The notes beneath the pieces were generated by a model. That model ran no database searches and was not told where the DNA came from. It was given only the letters and a program-made list of their open reading frames with translations. Positions 55,432 to 64,000 of a stretch of 64,000 bases of DNA are shown here, one piece after another; position 1 is the stretch's first letter; each line of letters begins with the position of its first letter. This stretch comes from Halobium salinum (GTDB lineage Archaea > Halobacteriota > Halobacteria > Halobacteriales > Haloferacaceae). A program made the translations under genes and the position numbers. The DNA is taken from NCBI RefSeq assembly GCF_026586625.1, contig NZ_JAODIW010000008.1:93332-157331 (forward strand), read 5' to 3'.

Positions 55432-56241
55432 TCACTCCCGACGGTCGCCGAGCGCCGGGAACTCCTCGCGGACGGCGTCGACGCGCTCGGGGTCGACCTC
55501 CGCCGTGACGAGCGCGGGGTCGTCGCCGGCGCTCGCGAGCGTCGTCCCCCACGGGTCGTAGACGGTGGAGCGCCCGAGCAGCGTCGCCGACTCGAACTCG
55601 GTTGCCCCGTTGACCGTCGCGACGTAACAGAGGTTCTCGATGGCGCGGGCGCGCGGGAGCGTCGTCCAGTGCTCCACCCGGGGGTAGGGCCACGCGCTGG
55701 GGACGAGCACGAGCGTCGCGCCGGCGTCGGCCAGTTCGCGGTACAGTTCGGGAAAGCGTAGGTCGTAGCAGGTGGTGACGCCGACCTCGAACCCCTCGAA
55801 GCGCGTCGTCTCGACGGCGTCCCCGGGGGTGAGCAGACGCGACTCGGCGGATTCGTAGCCGAACAGGTGATGCTTGCGGTAGACCGCTCGGCGTTTCCCG
55901 TCCCGGTCGTAGAACACCGCCGTGTTCGCGAGCCCCTCCGCGGCGGGGACGTCGACGCCGGCCTCGGCGCTCTCGGCGAGGTCCTCGACGTGGCTCCCGG
56001 CGAGCAGGCCGACGCCGTGGTCGGCGGCGAGGTCGGCGAGGCGGGAGAACGTCGGTCCGTCGAGCCCCTCGGCGTCGCGGGCGTACGACTCGAAGGCGAA
56101 GTAGCCGACGGTGAACAGCTCCGGGAGGGCGACGAGGTCGGCCCCCCTGCTCGCGGCGTCCGCGACGGCCGCGGCGGCGCGGTCGACGTTCCCCTGCACG
56201 TCGCCGGCCTCCTGGTCGAGCTGTGCGAGTGCGAGCTTCAT
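55432..56241 (-). CDS. Carbon-nitrogen hydrolase (nitrilase superfamily)
   Basis: MKLALAQLD…LVALPELFTVGY (Glu), …AVYRKHHLF… (Lys), and …GVTTCYDLRFPE… (Cys). Confidence 0.85.
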   Translation of the reverse strand: MKLALAQLDQEAGDVQGNVDRAAAAVADAASRGADLVALPELFTVGYFAFESYARDAEGLDGPTFSRLADLAADHGVGLLAGSHVEDLAESAEAGVDVPAAEGLANTAVFYDRDGKRRAVYRKHHLFGYESAESRLLTPGDAVETTRFEGFEVGVTTCYDLRFPELYRELADAGATLVLVPSAWPYPRVEHWTTLPRARAIENLCYVATVNGATEFESATLLGRSTVYDPWGTTLASAGDDPALVTAEVDPERVDAVREEFPALGDRRE

Positions 56242-56669
56242 GCTTTCAGTTCCAGGTCGCGCCGGAGCGCCGCCTCGAGGTTGTCGAGCTCGCGGTCGAG
56301 ATTGCGCTTGAAGAACTTCTCGACGCCGGGGAGTTTCCCGTCGACGACGAACTCGTTCTGTAGCGTCGTCCCCGACTCGGTCGACTCGATGGTGTGCTCG
56401 CCGGTGACGCGCATCGCACGGGAGCGCCCGACGAACTTCACGTAGCGGGGCTCCTCGCGGGTCACGTCCTCGGTCTCGACGGCGACCGTCGAGGAGATGA
56501 GGGGGATGGGGAGTTTCACGTGCCAGGTGGCCGTACGACCGTCGTCACCGACGTCGTACTCGTCGACGACGCTGATGGCGGCGGCTCGTTTCTCGGGGTC
56601 GGCGATGAACGCCCAGACCTCCTCGGGGTCGGCGTCGAACTCGAAGGTCCGGCTGACGCGGACAGTCAT
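56238..56669 (-). CDS. SRPBCC (START/Bet v1-like, polyketide-cyclase-type) family protein
   Basis: 143 aa. …FEFDADPEEVWAFIADPEK… is typical of SRPBCC proteins. Its stop overlaps the nitrilase gene start. Confidence 0.65.
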   Translation of the reverse strand: MTVRVSRTFEFDADPEEVWAFIADPEKRAAAISVVDEYDVGDDGRTATWHVKLPIPLISSTVAVETEDVTREEPRYVKFVGRSRAMRVTGEHTIESTESGTTLQNEFVVDGKLPGVEKFFKRNLDRELDNLEAALRRDLELKA

Positions 56670-56818
56670 GAACGAGGGTACGGACGAGAGCGGTAAAAGC
56701 GTGGTAGCTCGCGGACGCTATCGTACATCGTCTATCGTCTGGGTCCGTCGACGACTCCCGTGGTCGGTCTCTCGGGACACGGGGACGGTGGCCTCGGGAC
56801 ACGGAGAGGAGGTCTCGA

Positions 56819-57043
56819 TTAGCTGAGCGTGACGCGCCAGGTCGTCGAGCGGGCCCGACCCCACTTCTCGATGTCGACGTCCTCCGACTCCTCTGCGAGC
56901 CGCGGCAGCCGGGAGCCGACCTGCTTCGCCGAGAGCCCGATGGCTTCGGCGATGTTCTTCGCGCGGAAGTATCGCTCGCCACCGGTTACGCTGTCGTGGA
57001 GGTAGGAGAGGATGCGTCGGTCCTCGTCGCTCATTTCGCTCAT
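56819..57043 (-). CDS. Small winged-helix protein, paralog B
   Basis: 74 aa (MSEMSDEDRRILSYLHDSVTGGERYFRAKNIAEAIGLSAKQVGSRLPRLAEESEDVDIEKWGRARSTTWRVTLS), alignable with ORF 34262..34525. Confidence 0.5.
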   Translation of the reverse strand: MSEMSDEDRRILSYLHDSVTGGERYFRAKNIAEAIGLSAKQVGSRLPRLAEESEDVDIEKWGRARSTTWRVTLS

Positions 57044-57157
57044 TCCCGGCGACGATTGGAGCGTGAGGATATTAACGGTTGTCGCTTACCAGTATGCTTG
57101 CTTGTCGGGACCGGTCCGCCCGGCCCGCTCGGTCTACCAGTCCGGCGGTCCGACGGG

Positions 57158-57337
57158 CTACCAGTACGCCTGCGCACCGACGACCGCGAGCGCGGCCGCC
57201 GTCATCGCCGCGGCGAACCCCCACGCCGCCGTCGACTGGTCCCCCACGAGCATCACGACCGCGCCGCCGAGCGCGAGCACCGAGCAGACGACGGCGAGGC
57301 CGACGCCCATGTCCGAATCCGCTGTGGCCGTTTCCAT
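57158..57337 (-). CDS. Small hypothetical membrane protein
   Basis: METATADSDMGVGLAVVCSVLALGGAVVMLVGDQSTAAWGFAAAMTAAALAVVGAQAYW has two TM segments. Weak call. Confidence 0.25.
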   Translation of the reverse strand: METATADSDMGVGLAVVCSVLALGGAVVMLVGDQSTAAWGFAAAMTAAALAVVGAQAYW

Positions 57338-57483
57338 ACCCGGAGGTGCGCCGGGCCGACCTAATACGTTGTGTTCCTGTCCGCTCCGGGGCCGACGCGC
57401 GTCTGACACCCCCGTCGGCTCCCCCTCGGCGCCGCTACCTCGAGCCGCGTGAGATTTATACGATTGTATGACTGTCTCCGATT

Positions 57484-58680
57484 ATGGATAGAATTCGGGC
57501 ACTGCTGTCGGGCACTCGTCGGTTGGTGACCGTCGCGGCCGTCCTCGTCCTCGTCGCCGCCGGCGTGGCGGTGGCGACGGGCGTCTTCGGCGCCCCGTCG
57601 GTGGCGGGCGTCGACAACCGTTTCGGCCCCGTCGACGACGAGACGACCGCCGTCGAGACCGACCTCCACGTGTCGAACCCGAACCCACTCGGCGTGTCGT
57701 TCGGGGACGCGACGGTCGACTACGCGGTGTCGATGAACGGGGTCGGGATGGCCGAAGGGACGAAGTCGGGCGTCGCGCTCGACCGCGGAGCGTCGACCCT
57801 CGCCTTTCGCACCGACATGCACAACGAGCGCATCCCCGACTGGTGGGTGAGCCACGTCCGAAACGACGAGCGGACGACGCTGACCGTCGACGCGTCGGTC
57901 TCCTCGCCCCTCCTCGGCGGAGCGGGCGTCGACGCGCCGGCGGTCGAGCGCGAGGTCGAAACGGACCTCGTCGGCGGGTTCGCCTCGAACGAGACGCGGC
58001 CGGTGAACGCGAGCCGGCCGCTCGTCTCGGACCCCGTCCTCTACGTCAACGAGACCGACGCCGCGTGGGGCGAGGTGAACGACTCCGCGACGCCCATCGA
58101 CACGAACTTCACGCTCTACAACCCGAAGCCGGTCCCCGTCGCGCTGACGGAGGTCGGCTACACCGTGACGATGAACGACGTGACCGTCGGCCAGGGGGCA
58201 TCCGACCGCACGTACGTCGTCCCGAGCGGGGAGGCTCGCACGCTGGAGACGACGACGCGAATCGACAACTCGGAGCTCGACGAGTGGTGGGTCAGCCACC
58301 TCCAGCGGAACCAGACCACCGACCTCCGCATCGAGTTCTACGCGACGCTCCGAGTCGGCGGCGACTCGATTCGCGTCCCGCTGGACTCGCTGACCTACGA
58401 GAAGACGTTCGAGACGGACGTGTTCGGGACGAAGGCCGACGGGGGCGAGGTCGCGAACGCGAGTGGAGGGTCGACGACCGCGACCACCACGGCGACCGAC
58501 GGCGAGTCGGGGTCCGAGGGGACGACGGGTACGACGGCCGGCGGGTCGACGACGACCGCGACCACCACGACCGACGCCGGCGGTCTGTTCGGAGGCGGCG
58601 ACGGGAACGGGAGCGCCGGCGACGGCGGCGGACCGGGGACGACCACGACCGACGACGGCCTGCTCGGCCTCCGGTCGTAG
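57484..58680 (+). CDS. Signal-anchored LEA_2 (LEA14/WHy-like) tandem-domain protein with Thr/Gly-rich C-tail
   Basis: N-terminal TM anchor, then two repeats of the LEA_2-type pattern (…DLHVSNPNPLGVSFGDATVDYAVSMNGVGMAEG… and …NFTLYNPKPVPVALTEVGYTVTMNDVTVGQGAS…). C-terminal …GGSTTATTTATDGESGSEGTTGTTAGGSTTTATTTTD…. Confidence 0.6.
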   Translation: MDRIRALLSGTRRLVTVAAVLVLVAAGVAVATGVFGAPSVAGVDNRFGPVDDETTAVETDLHVSNPNPLGVSFGDATVDYAVSMNGVGMAEGTKSGVALDRGASTLAFRTDMHNERIPDWWVSHVRNDERTTLTVDASVSSPLLGGAGVDAPAVEREVETDLVGGFASNETRPVNASRPLVSDPVLYVNETDAAWGEVNDSATPIDTNFTLYNPKPVPVALTEVGYTVTMNDVTVGQGASDRTYVVPSGEARTLETTTRIDNSELDEWWVSHLQRNQTTDLRIEFYATLRVGGDSIRVPLDSLTYEKTFETDVFGTKADGGEVANASGGSTTATTTATDGESGSEGTTGTTAGGSTTTATTTTDAGGLFGGGDGNGSAGDGGGPGTTTTDDGLLGLRS

Positions 58681-58816
58681 CGAGGTCGCGACGCTCTCCG
58701 TCGCGGGCGGCGATGGCTTTTTCACCCGGTGTGTCATACGACCACGTACATGTCCCGGAGTACCCAGTCTCCTGGTCGAGTTCTCCTCGCGTGATGAGGA
58801 ACCCGACACGGTAGAC

Positions 58817-59281
58817 GTGACTGCGGACGGGGAATCGATTCTGCTGACGGTCGACGGTACGGAGCACGAGCTCTCCAGAGCCGACGCCGCGGGGTTGCAG
58901 GAGGCGCTGGGGACGGCGCTGACCGAGAAGCGCGAGTTCTTCCGCACCGCCGGCGAGTACCGCGAGGACGGCAGCTACGTCGTCTCCCGGCGCGGCGCCG
59001 ACTCGACGGGCAACGCCAAAGTGTTCGACTCGTTCGACGCTCTGCGCCGACTGTTCGGCCGCCTGCCCGAGGAGTTCACCGCCGAGGCGGTGGGCCGTTC
59101 GGGTATCACCGGCTCGCGTCGACACATGGTGTTACAGCACTTCGCGGAGCATCCGGCGTTCGACTGCGAAATCAGCCACCGGAACCCGATGACCGCGCGG
59201 AAGACGGGCGAGTCCGTGAGCGAGGTGGCGCCGGTGGCGACGGTCGAGAACCAGACCGAGCCGGAGGTGCCCGCGGACTGA
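58817..59281 (+). CDS. Hypothetical protein (start uncertain; GTG at 58817 assumed)
   Basis: A coherent non-Arg-rich frame (…SILLTVDGTEHELSRADAAGLQEALGTALTEKREFFRTAGEYREDGSYVVSRRGADSTGNAKVFDSFDALRRLFGRLPEEFTAEAVGRSGITGSRRHMVLQHFAEHPAFDCEISHRNPMTARK…). No ATG lies upstream in frame within the plausible region. Confidence 0.3.
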   Translation: MTADGESILLTVDGTEHELSRADAAGLQEALGTALTEKREFFRTAGEYREDGSYVVSRRGADSTGNAKVFDSFDALRRLFGRLPEEFTAEAVGRSGITGSRRHMVLQHFAEHPAFDCEISHRNPMTARKTGESVSEVAPVATVENQTEPEVPAD

Positions 59282-59694
59282 GTCGGAGTCGGAGATAGTA
59301 GGCCGGAGTTCTCTCCCGACGGCGGGCAAACCGAACGCGGTGAGCGTCGAGACTACCGAGTCACAACGAGACGCCACATCCTCCCCAGCCGACTGCGATG
59401 CTCGCTCGCTGCGGTCGCTGCGCTTCTCGTCCCTCGCACGGCCTCGCTCGCCGACGAACCGGCTCGCGGCGCGCGCCTCGTGTCGCCCGCGGCACGAGCG
59501 TTCGTGCGAGGGATGGCTGAGCGACCGAGTGAAACGAGGGAGCGAAGGAAACGGTTGGGGAGGGTGTGGCAATTCGCTGTGACTCGGAAGTCGCTCGACA
59601 CCCCGCGGTAGCAGGCGCCACGCGCTTCCGACTACCTGTAAAAGATGAAAGAATCCGAAACGAAGCGCGCCCGAAAACGACTACAGCCCAGAAC

Positions 59695-60729
59695 TCACCT
59701 GATGGTGACGTGCTCGTTCTCCTCGTTGAGCGCGAGGTTCGCCGCGATCTCCGCGTTGCGCATCGCGTACTGGGCGGTCTGCTGGAGGCTGACGAGCACC
59801 TCCCGCACCCGTAGCAGGGCCCGGTTGTCCATCTCGGGGAGGTCGTTCAGAATCTCGGACTCCCGGTCGCCGATCTGCCTGAACAGGTGACGCACCTCGA
59901 TGGTCTTGTCGTAGTCGCGGTCGACGACCGCCTCGACGGCCTTCACCGTTATCTCGTCGACCTGGTCGGTGAACTCCCGGATGCGTCGCATCGTCCCCGA
60001 GTCCACGTCGAGGGTGTGGCCCTCGGTCTCCAGGACGATGTCCGCGATATCCTCCGCGTTGTCGGCGGTGAGTTCGAGGTTCTTCGCCACGGAACGGTAG
60101 CCGATGAGCGGGAAGCCCGACTCGAGCCCCACGGCCCGGCAGAGGTTCGGGTTCTGGTAGGCGGTGAAGATGAGCCGCAGGAGGAGGACGAATATCTTGT
60201 TCGCCTGCCGCTCCCGGTTGAGCGCGCGCTGAGCGAGGTCGGGGTTGCCGTGAGCCAGCGCCTTGACCGCCTCGCCCCGCATCGTGCTCCCCGTGCTCTC
60301 GAGTCGCTTGAGGAGGTTGTCGAGCGTGAAGTCCTCAGGGTCCACCGAACAGCGGATGGCGATGTTCTCGGGTGTCTCCTCGATGACGCCGAGCCCCATC
60401 AACTGCGTCTCGGCCTTGTAGACGGCGTTGATCTGCTCGCTGTCCAGGGCGCCCTCGTCGGACTGGACGTGGATGACCCGCCGACCGAGGACATACTGGG
60501 CGAGGATGGCCCGCTCGAGGGAGTTTGCGTCGAGGTTGTCCGCGTGGAGGATGGCCTCGGAGTCCTCCGTGCTCGCCGACTCGGGGAGGACGGTGAGGGT
60601 ACCCTTGCCGCCCATCCGAATCGACACCTCGTCGCCCTTGTTCACGCCGTGTTCCTTCGCCCACTCCGCGGGTAACGTCATCGCAAGCGTCGAAGGCCCC
60701 AGCCGCTGGACCTTGCGCGTCTCGACCAT
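59695..60729 (-). CDS. PhoU-domain regulator with N-terminal AbrB/SpoVT-type DNA-binding domain
   Basis: MVETRKVQRLGPSTLAMTLPAEWAKEHGVNKGDEVSI is the AbrB-like swapped-hairpin domain, followed by two PhoU-like helical repeats. Confidence 0.75.
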   Translation of the reverse strand: MVETRKVQRLGPSTLAMTLPAEWAKEHGVNKGDEVSIRMGGKGTLTVLPESASTEDSEAILHADNLDANSLERAILAQYVLGRRVIHVQSDEGALDSEQINAVYKAETQLMGLGVIEETPENIAIRCSVDPEDFTLDNLLKRLESTGSTMRGEAVKALAHGNPDLAQRALNRERQANKIFVLLLRLIFTAYQNPNLCRAVGLESGFPLIGYRSVAKNLELTADNAEDIADIVLETEGHTLDVDSGTMRRIREFTDQVDEITVKAVEAVVDRDYDKTIEVRHLFRQIGDRESEILNDLPEMDNRALLRVREVLVSLQQTAQYAMRNAEIAANLALNEENEHVTIR

Positions 60730-60867
60730 GGCACTCGGTACCCCTTGTAGGACCTTAATCTTGCCCCTCCAATCCTTATATGTTCATAATGAACGTCCGG
60801 CCGGCGGATGCGCCCCGGTCTCGGCCCGCGGCACGGGCTCGGTCCTCGGGGGAGGCTCGGTCCCCGC

Positions 60868-62001
60868 CTACTCGACCCGCATCATCCGGCGCTCGAAGCG
60901 GCCGACGCGGACCTTCGTCCACCCGCGGAGCGCGGCGTCGAGTTCTGGGTCGTCGGTGTCGACCCGGAGGCTGTCCAGCCCGTCGAGCTTCGCGCGGGAG
61001 GCGACGACCTCCACGTCGCAGCGTCGGATGACGGCGGGGGAGAGCTGTGGGTTCCCCCGACCGAAGACGAACCCCTGCCCGCCGATGGGGGAGACGACGA
61101 TGACGTTCCGGTCGCCGAGGGCGTCGAGAATCTCGGTCTCGCTCCCGTCGCGGACCAAAAGCTCCCCGCGACGAGAGCGCCCCTCGCTCTCGTCTGCTCC
61201 CGAGTCCTCGTCGGACTCGGGGACGACTCGCCACACGTCGACGCCCAGCGGCGACCCCTCGAAACCGAGTTCCGCTTTGACGGCGCCGACGGTGCTCCCC
61301 GGGCCGAGCACGTAGGTGACACCGGGTTCGACTGCGTCGGCGACGCCCTTCGCGAGCGCTTCGACGGTCCCGCCCCCCAACTGTTTGGAAGACTGGAGGT
61401 CGTCGGCGACGGGCACTCGAACCACGGCACGGAGTTCGGGGTGGACCTCCCCGGAACGGTACTCGTCCTCGTCGATGTCCATCACCTCGCGGCTCTCGGT
61501 CCGGTCGAAGGTGGCGGCGACCTCGCCGGCGTCCTCCGGAGAGACGGCGAACACCGAGGAGTAGACCTTGACGCCCGCCGGCACGCCGAGCACGGGAACC
61601 TCCCCCTCGGCACCCGTCGCGTCGAGCGCGTCGGCCACGTCCGCGGCGGTGCCGTCGCCGCCGACGAACAGCACGAGGTCGACGCCGGCGTCGGCGAACC
61701 GCTCGACGGCCGCGCGGGTGTCGGCCGCGCTCGTCTCCCCGTCTTCGAGGCTCGGGTCGCCGACGACTTGGGGGTCGAAGCCGGCCGCGCGGGCCTCGGC
61801 CTCGCCCATCGGGTCGCCGTAGGTCAGGAGGGTGACCCCGGGCGCGGCGTCGGAGAGTGCGTCAAGCGCGCGCCGGGCGCGGTCCGGTGCGCGGGGGGCT
61901 GCGCCCCGCTCGCGCGCCTCCGCGACCTTTCCGTCGGTCCCCTTCAACCCGACCCGTCCGCCCATCCCGGCGACGGGGTTGAGCACGAAGCCGATTCGCA
62001 T
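60868..62001 (-). CDS. ATP-NAD kinase / diacylglycerol-kinase-catalytic-domain family protein
   Basis: Internal ATG (MRIGFVLNPVAGMGG…) followed by …DLVLFVGGDGT… (GGDG motif). Confidence 0.65.
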   Translation of the reverse strand: MRIGFVLNPVAGMGGRVGLKGTDGKVAEARERGAAPRAPDRARRALDALSDAAPGVTLLTYGDPMGEAEARAAGFDPQVVGDPSLEDGETSAADTRAAVERFADAGVDLVLFVGGDGTAADVADALDATGAEGEVPVLGVPAGVKVYSSVFAVSPEDAGEVAATFDRTESREVMDIDEDEYRSGEVHPELRAVVRVPVADDLQSSKQLGGGTVEALAKGVADAVEPGVTYVLGPGSTVGAVKAELGFEGSPLGVDVWRVVPESDEDSGADESEGRSRRGELLVRDGSETEILDALGDRNVIVVSPIGGQGFVFGRGNPQLSPAVIRRCDVEVVASRAKLDGLDSLRVDTDDPELDAALRGWTKVRVGRFERRMMRVE

Positions 62002-62347
62002 ACCGGGAGCGCGGCCCGCTCGGAGAAAGTCGCGTCGGTTCACGGGAAGGGGGTTAACTGTTTAGGCGCCGGGGTTAGGTGACCCGACCCGATAGCACGG
62101 ATGCGGACGGGACGGACCGTCGACTGACCGACCGAAGCCGGTTCGCGTCAGGTCGAGAGCGACGCCGTCCGCCCCGAAGCCGGAATGCCACGCCACGCCG
62201 GGCCACCAGTCCCGGACCGACCGGAATGCCGACCGACGCGGCGGGCCGAGAGCCGACCCCGGCTCGGAGGCCCGCTTCGAAGATTCTCTCGCCGAGCCCC
62301 GCCGCCGGAACTCGAAGCTTGAAGTGCCGGGCCGCGGAAGGGCGGGT

Positions 62348-62461
62348 ATGATGCTCGCAGAAGCAGGCGAAGTCGCCTTCGACCCGAACCTGAGCGGCGG
62401 CGTCGTCCTCGTGGTCAGTCTCCTCATTACCGTCGGCTGGCTGGCCTACCTGTACCGCTGA
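62348..62461 (+). CDS. Candidate small membrane protein (37 aa)
   Basis: ATGATGCTCGCAGAAGCAGGC… translates to MMLAEAGEVAFDPNLSGGVVLVVSLLITVGWLAYLYR*. One TM helix. Sits in a 440-bp intergenic region. Below the length cutoff of the ORF track. Confidence 0.3.
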   Translation: MMLAEAGEVAFDPNLSGGVVLVVSLLITVGWLAYLYR

Positions 62462-62485
62462 GCCGCCGTTACTCCGTGTTTGGAG

Positions 62486-63184
62486 TTACTCCGATTGCGT
62501 AGCGACGTCCACGCGCTCGCGAAGCCACGCGACCGCCGACTCCACCTCCGACTCGTCGGTTCCCGTCAGCTTGAGCCGGACGCCCTCGCCCGGGTAGCTC
62601 CCGACCCGCACGTCGAACGCCTCGCGGACCCCCTCGATGCGGTCGAGGAGGGCCGACTCCGGCTCGTCGGCGAGCAGCGTCCGGACGTACCGCGGCTCTC
62701 CCGAGAACTCCGTCTCGATGGCCGCGAACATCGCCTCCATCTCGTCCGGGACGCCCGGGAGCACGTACACCGACTCGACGACACAGCCGGGGGCGACGCC
62801 CTCCGTGTTCGGGAGGAATCGCGCGCCGGCCGGGAGGTCGGTCGTCCCGGCCGCGAGGTCGGAGGCCGAGTAGCCGCCGTGTTCGGTGAGCCAGTCGAGC
62901 GCCTCGTCGTGCGGTTCGAGGTCGCGGCCGAACGCCGCGGCGACGGCCGCCATCGTCAGGTCGTCGTGAGTCGGGCCGAGTCCGCCGGTGACGAGGACTG
63001 CGTCGTACTCGGCGTGGTACTCGTTGACGACGCGGGCGATGTCGGCGACGCGGTCGGGGAGCGTGATCACGCGTTCGACGTCCACGCCCCGCTCGGCGAG
63101 TCGGGCACAGAGCCACGAGGCGTTCGTGTTGACGGTGTCTCCGGCGAGAATCTCGTCGCCGACGGTGACCACGGCTACCTGCAT
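62486..63184 (-). CDS. Molybdopterin-binding domain protein (MoaB/MogA/CinA-N-terminal family)
   Basis: MQVAVVTVGDEILAGDTVNTNASWLCARLAERGVDVERVITLPD…VLVTGGLGPTHDDLT… is the MoCF-biosynthesis / CinA-like fold signature (GGxGxT.DD). Confidence 0.7.
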   Translation of the reverse strand: MQVAVVTVGDEILAGDTVNTNASWLCARLAERGVDVERVITLPDRVADIARVVNEYHAEYDAVLVTGGLGPTHDDLTMAAVAAAFGRDLEPHDEALDWLTEHGGYSASDLAAGTTDLPAGARFLPNTEGVAPGCVVESVYVLPGVPDEMEAMFAAIETEFSGEPRYVRTLLADEPESALLDRIEGVREAFDVRVGSYPGEGVRLKLTGTDESEVESAVAWLRERVDVATQSE

Positions 63185-63274
63185 GGTCGGGGCGAGGCGT
63201 GGGGCGAGTAAAAGCGCGCGGGTCGGCGGGAGCGTTGCCGTCGTCGACTGCCGATGCGGGTTCGGGGTTCCGCC

Positions 63275-63889
63275 TCAGCCCATCCCCGGCGGCGGGTCGT
63301 CGCCGAAGTCGTCGTCCTCGAGTTCGGCCTTCCCGCCCATCTCCTCGCGGCGTTCCCGCAGTTCCTCGATCTGTCGGCGGTAGTACACCAGCCCGACCAG
63401 CCCGACCAGCAGGAGCGCGGCGGCGATGCCGCCGAAGACGTACACGTCGCGCTGGAGGTAGTACTGGACCGAGACGGAGCCGGCGGTCACGTCGGACCAG
63501 ACGATGCGCACCCGGTCACCCTGGTCGCGGGCCTCGTAGCCGCCCGGCCGGACGTTCCCGAAGACGGGGAGGTCGACCGAGCGCTGGGGCGGGAGCACGA
63601 CCTCGTAGCTGGTGCCGCCGACCCAGTCGTACGCCGGGAGCGAGAATCGCTTCGGCGTCGACGAGGAGGTGAACGCCAGGCGTCCGGGCTCGCCGGACGT
63701 GCCGTTCGGCAGGTCGACGACGACCTCGTCGCGGGTCTGCCTGACGCTCCCGCCGTAGTCCTCGAACTCGCCGCCGCTGATGGTGGTCCCGTTCGGATAC
63801 CGATAGCGCACCGCCGAGACGTCGATGGCGTTCGTCCCGCCGAAGCCGTCGTTGCGGTAGAGGGTTATCTCGGAGCGGTTCGCGGGCAC
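63275..63889 (-). CDS. Hypothetical membrane-anchored protein (C-terminal TM helix, acidic tail); N-terminus may extend
   Basis: 204 aa. …VYVFGGIAAALLLVGLVGLVYYRRQIEELRERREEMGG…. The reading frame may continue upstream toward the window end. Confidence 0.4.
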   Translation of the reverse strand: MPANRSEITLYRNDGFGGTNAIDVSAVRYRYPNGTTISGGEFEDYGGSVRQTRDEVVVDLPNGTSGEPGRLAFTSSSTPKRFSLPAYDWVGGTSYEVVLPPQRSVDLPVFGNVRPGGYEARDQGDRVRIVWSDVTAGSVSVQYYLQRDVYVFGGIAAALLLVGLVGLVYYRRQIEELRERREEMGGKAELEDDDFGDDPPPGMG

Positions 63890-64000
63890 CTGATAGACGG
63901 CGAGGAACCGGGCGTTCTCCGTCAGCGTGAAGTGCGCCGCCCGGTCGGCGTCCCACTCGTACTCGTAGCCGTCGGGTGGCGCCTGGTCCAGACGCTCGTC

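Overview
This 64 kb window is high-GC (roughly 65-70%) and encodes very acidic proteins, which points to a haloarchaeal (class Halobacteria) chromosomal segment. It is densely coding on both strands with short intergenic regions. I saw no rRNA, tRNA, CRISPR array, cas gene, transposase or integrase. All calls rest on reading motifs in the supplied translations and DNA; no database search or alignment was run.

Main content:
- **Complex I-like operon (minus strand, 8.1-18.8 kb):** a complete 11-gene operon nuoA-B-CD-H-I-J1-J2-K-L-M-N with translationally coupled overlaps. NuoEFG are absent, NuoC and NuoD are fused, and NuoJ is split, all typical of haloarchaea.
- **Central metabolism:** purE-purK, ribH plus a class I aminotransferase, pyruvate kinase with a C-terminal PEP-utilizer domain, aroD, acyl-CoA dehydrogenase, aldehyde dehydrogenase, a nitrilase-family hydrolase, a thioredoxin-reductase-like flavoprotein, and an NAD-kinase family protein.
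- **Membrane and transport:** azlC-azlD, nfeD-stomatin, and an ABC-2 exporter pair.
- **Regulators:** a PhoU/AbrB regulator, HalOD1, and several small winged-helix proteins.
- **Glycosylation-related:** an orphan beta-class DNA methyltransferase, an AglD-like GT2 plus flippase-like fusion, and an Agl23/AglS-like multi-TM GT-C glycosyltransferase divergent from a Tat lipoprotein packed with N-glycosylation sequons.

Most interesting observations:
1. A compact three-gene module: a FlaD/E-like domain protein, an actin-fold ATPase, and a membrane protein with an N-terminal PH domain. The actin gene has its own AT-rich promoter and a Shine-Dalgarno-like GGAG.
2. A recurring N-glycosylation theme. 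It includes a perfect NATNATAG x4 sequon tandem repeat grafted onto the N-terminus of NuoH, two sequon-saturated Tat lipoproteins, and two distinct glycosyltransferases.
3. A roughly 140 bp element bounded by a perfect 16-bp inverted repeat inside a 476-bp intergenic region.
4. Two long gene-free convergent intergenic regions (about 600 bp and 410 bp) with palindromes.
5. Several tandem or direct repeats in intergenic DNA, including polypurine tracts.
6. A pair of spaced perfect palindromes (TGAACGGTTCA x2) that looks like an operator.
7. A paralogous pair of small winged-helix genes, each downstream of a small membrane protein.
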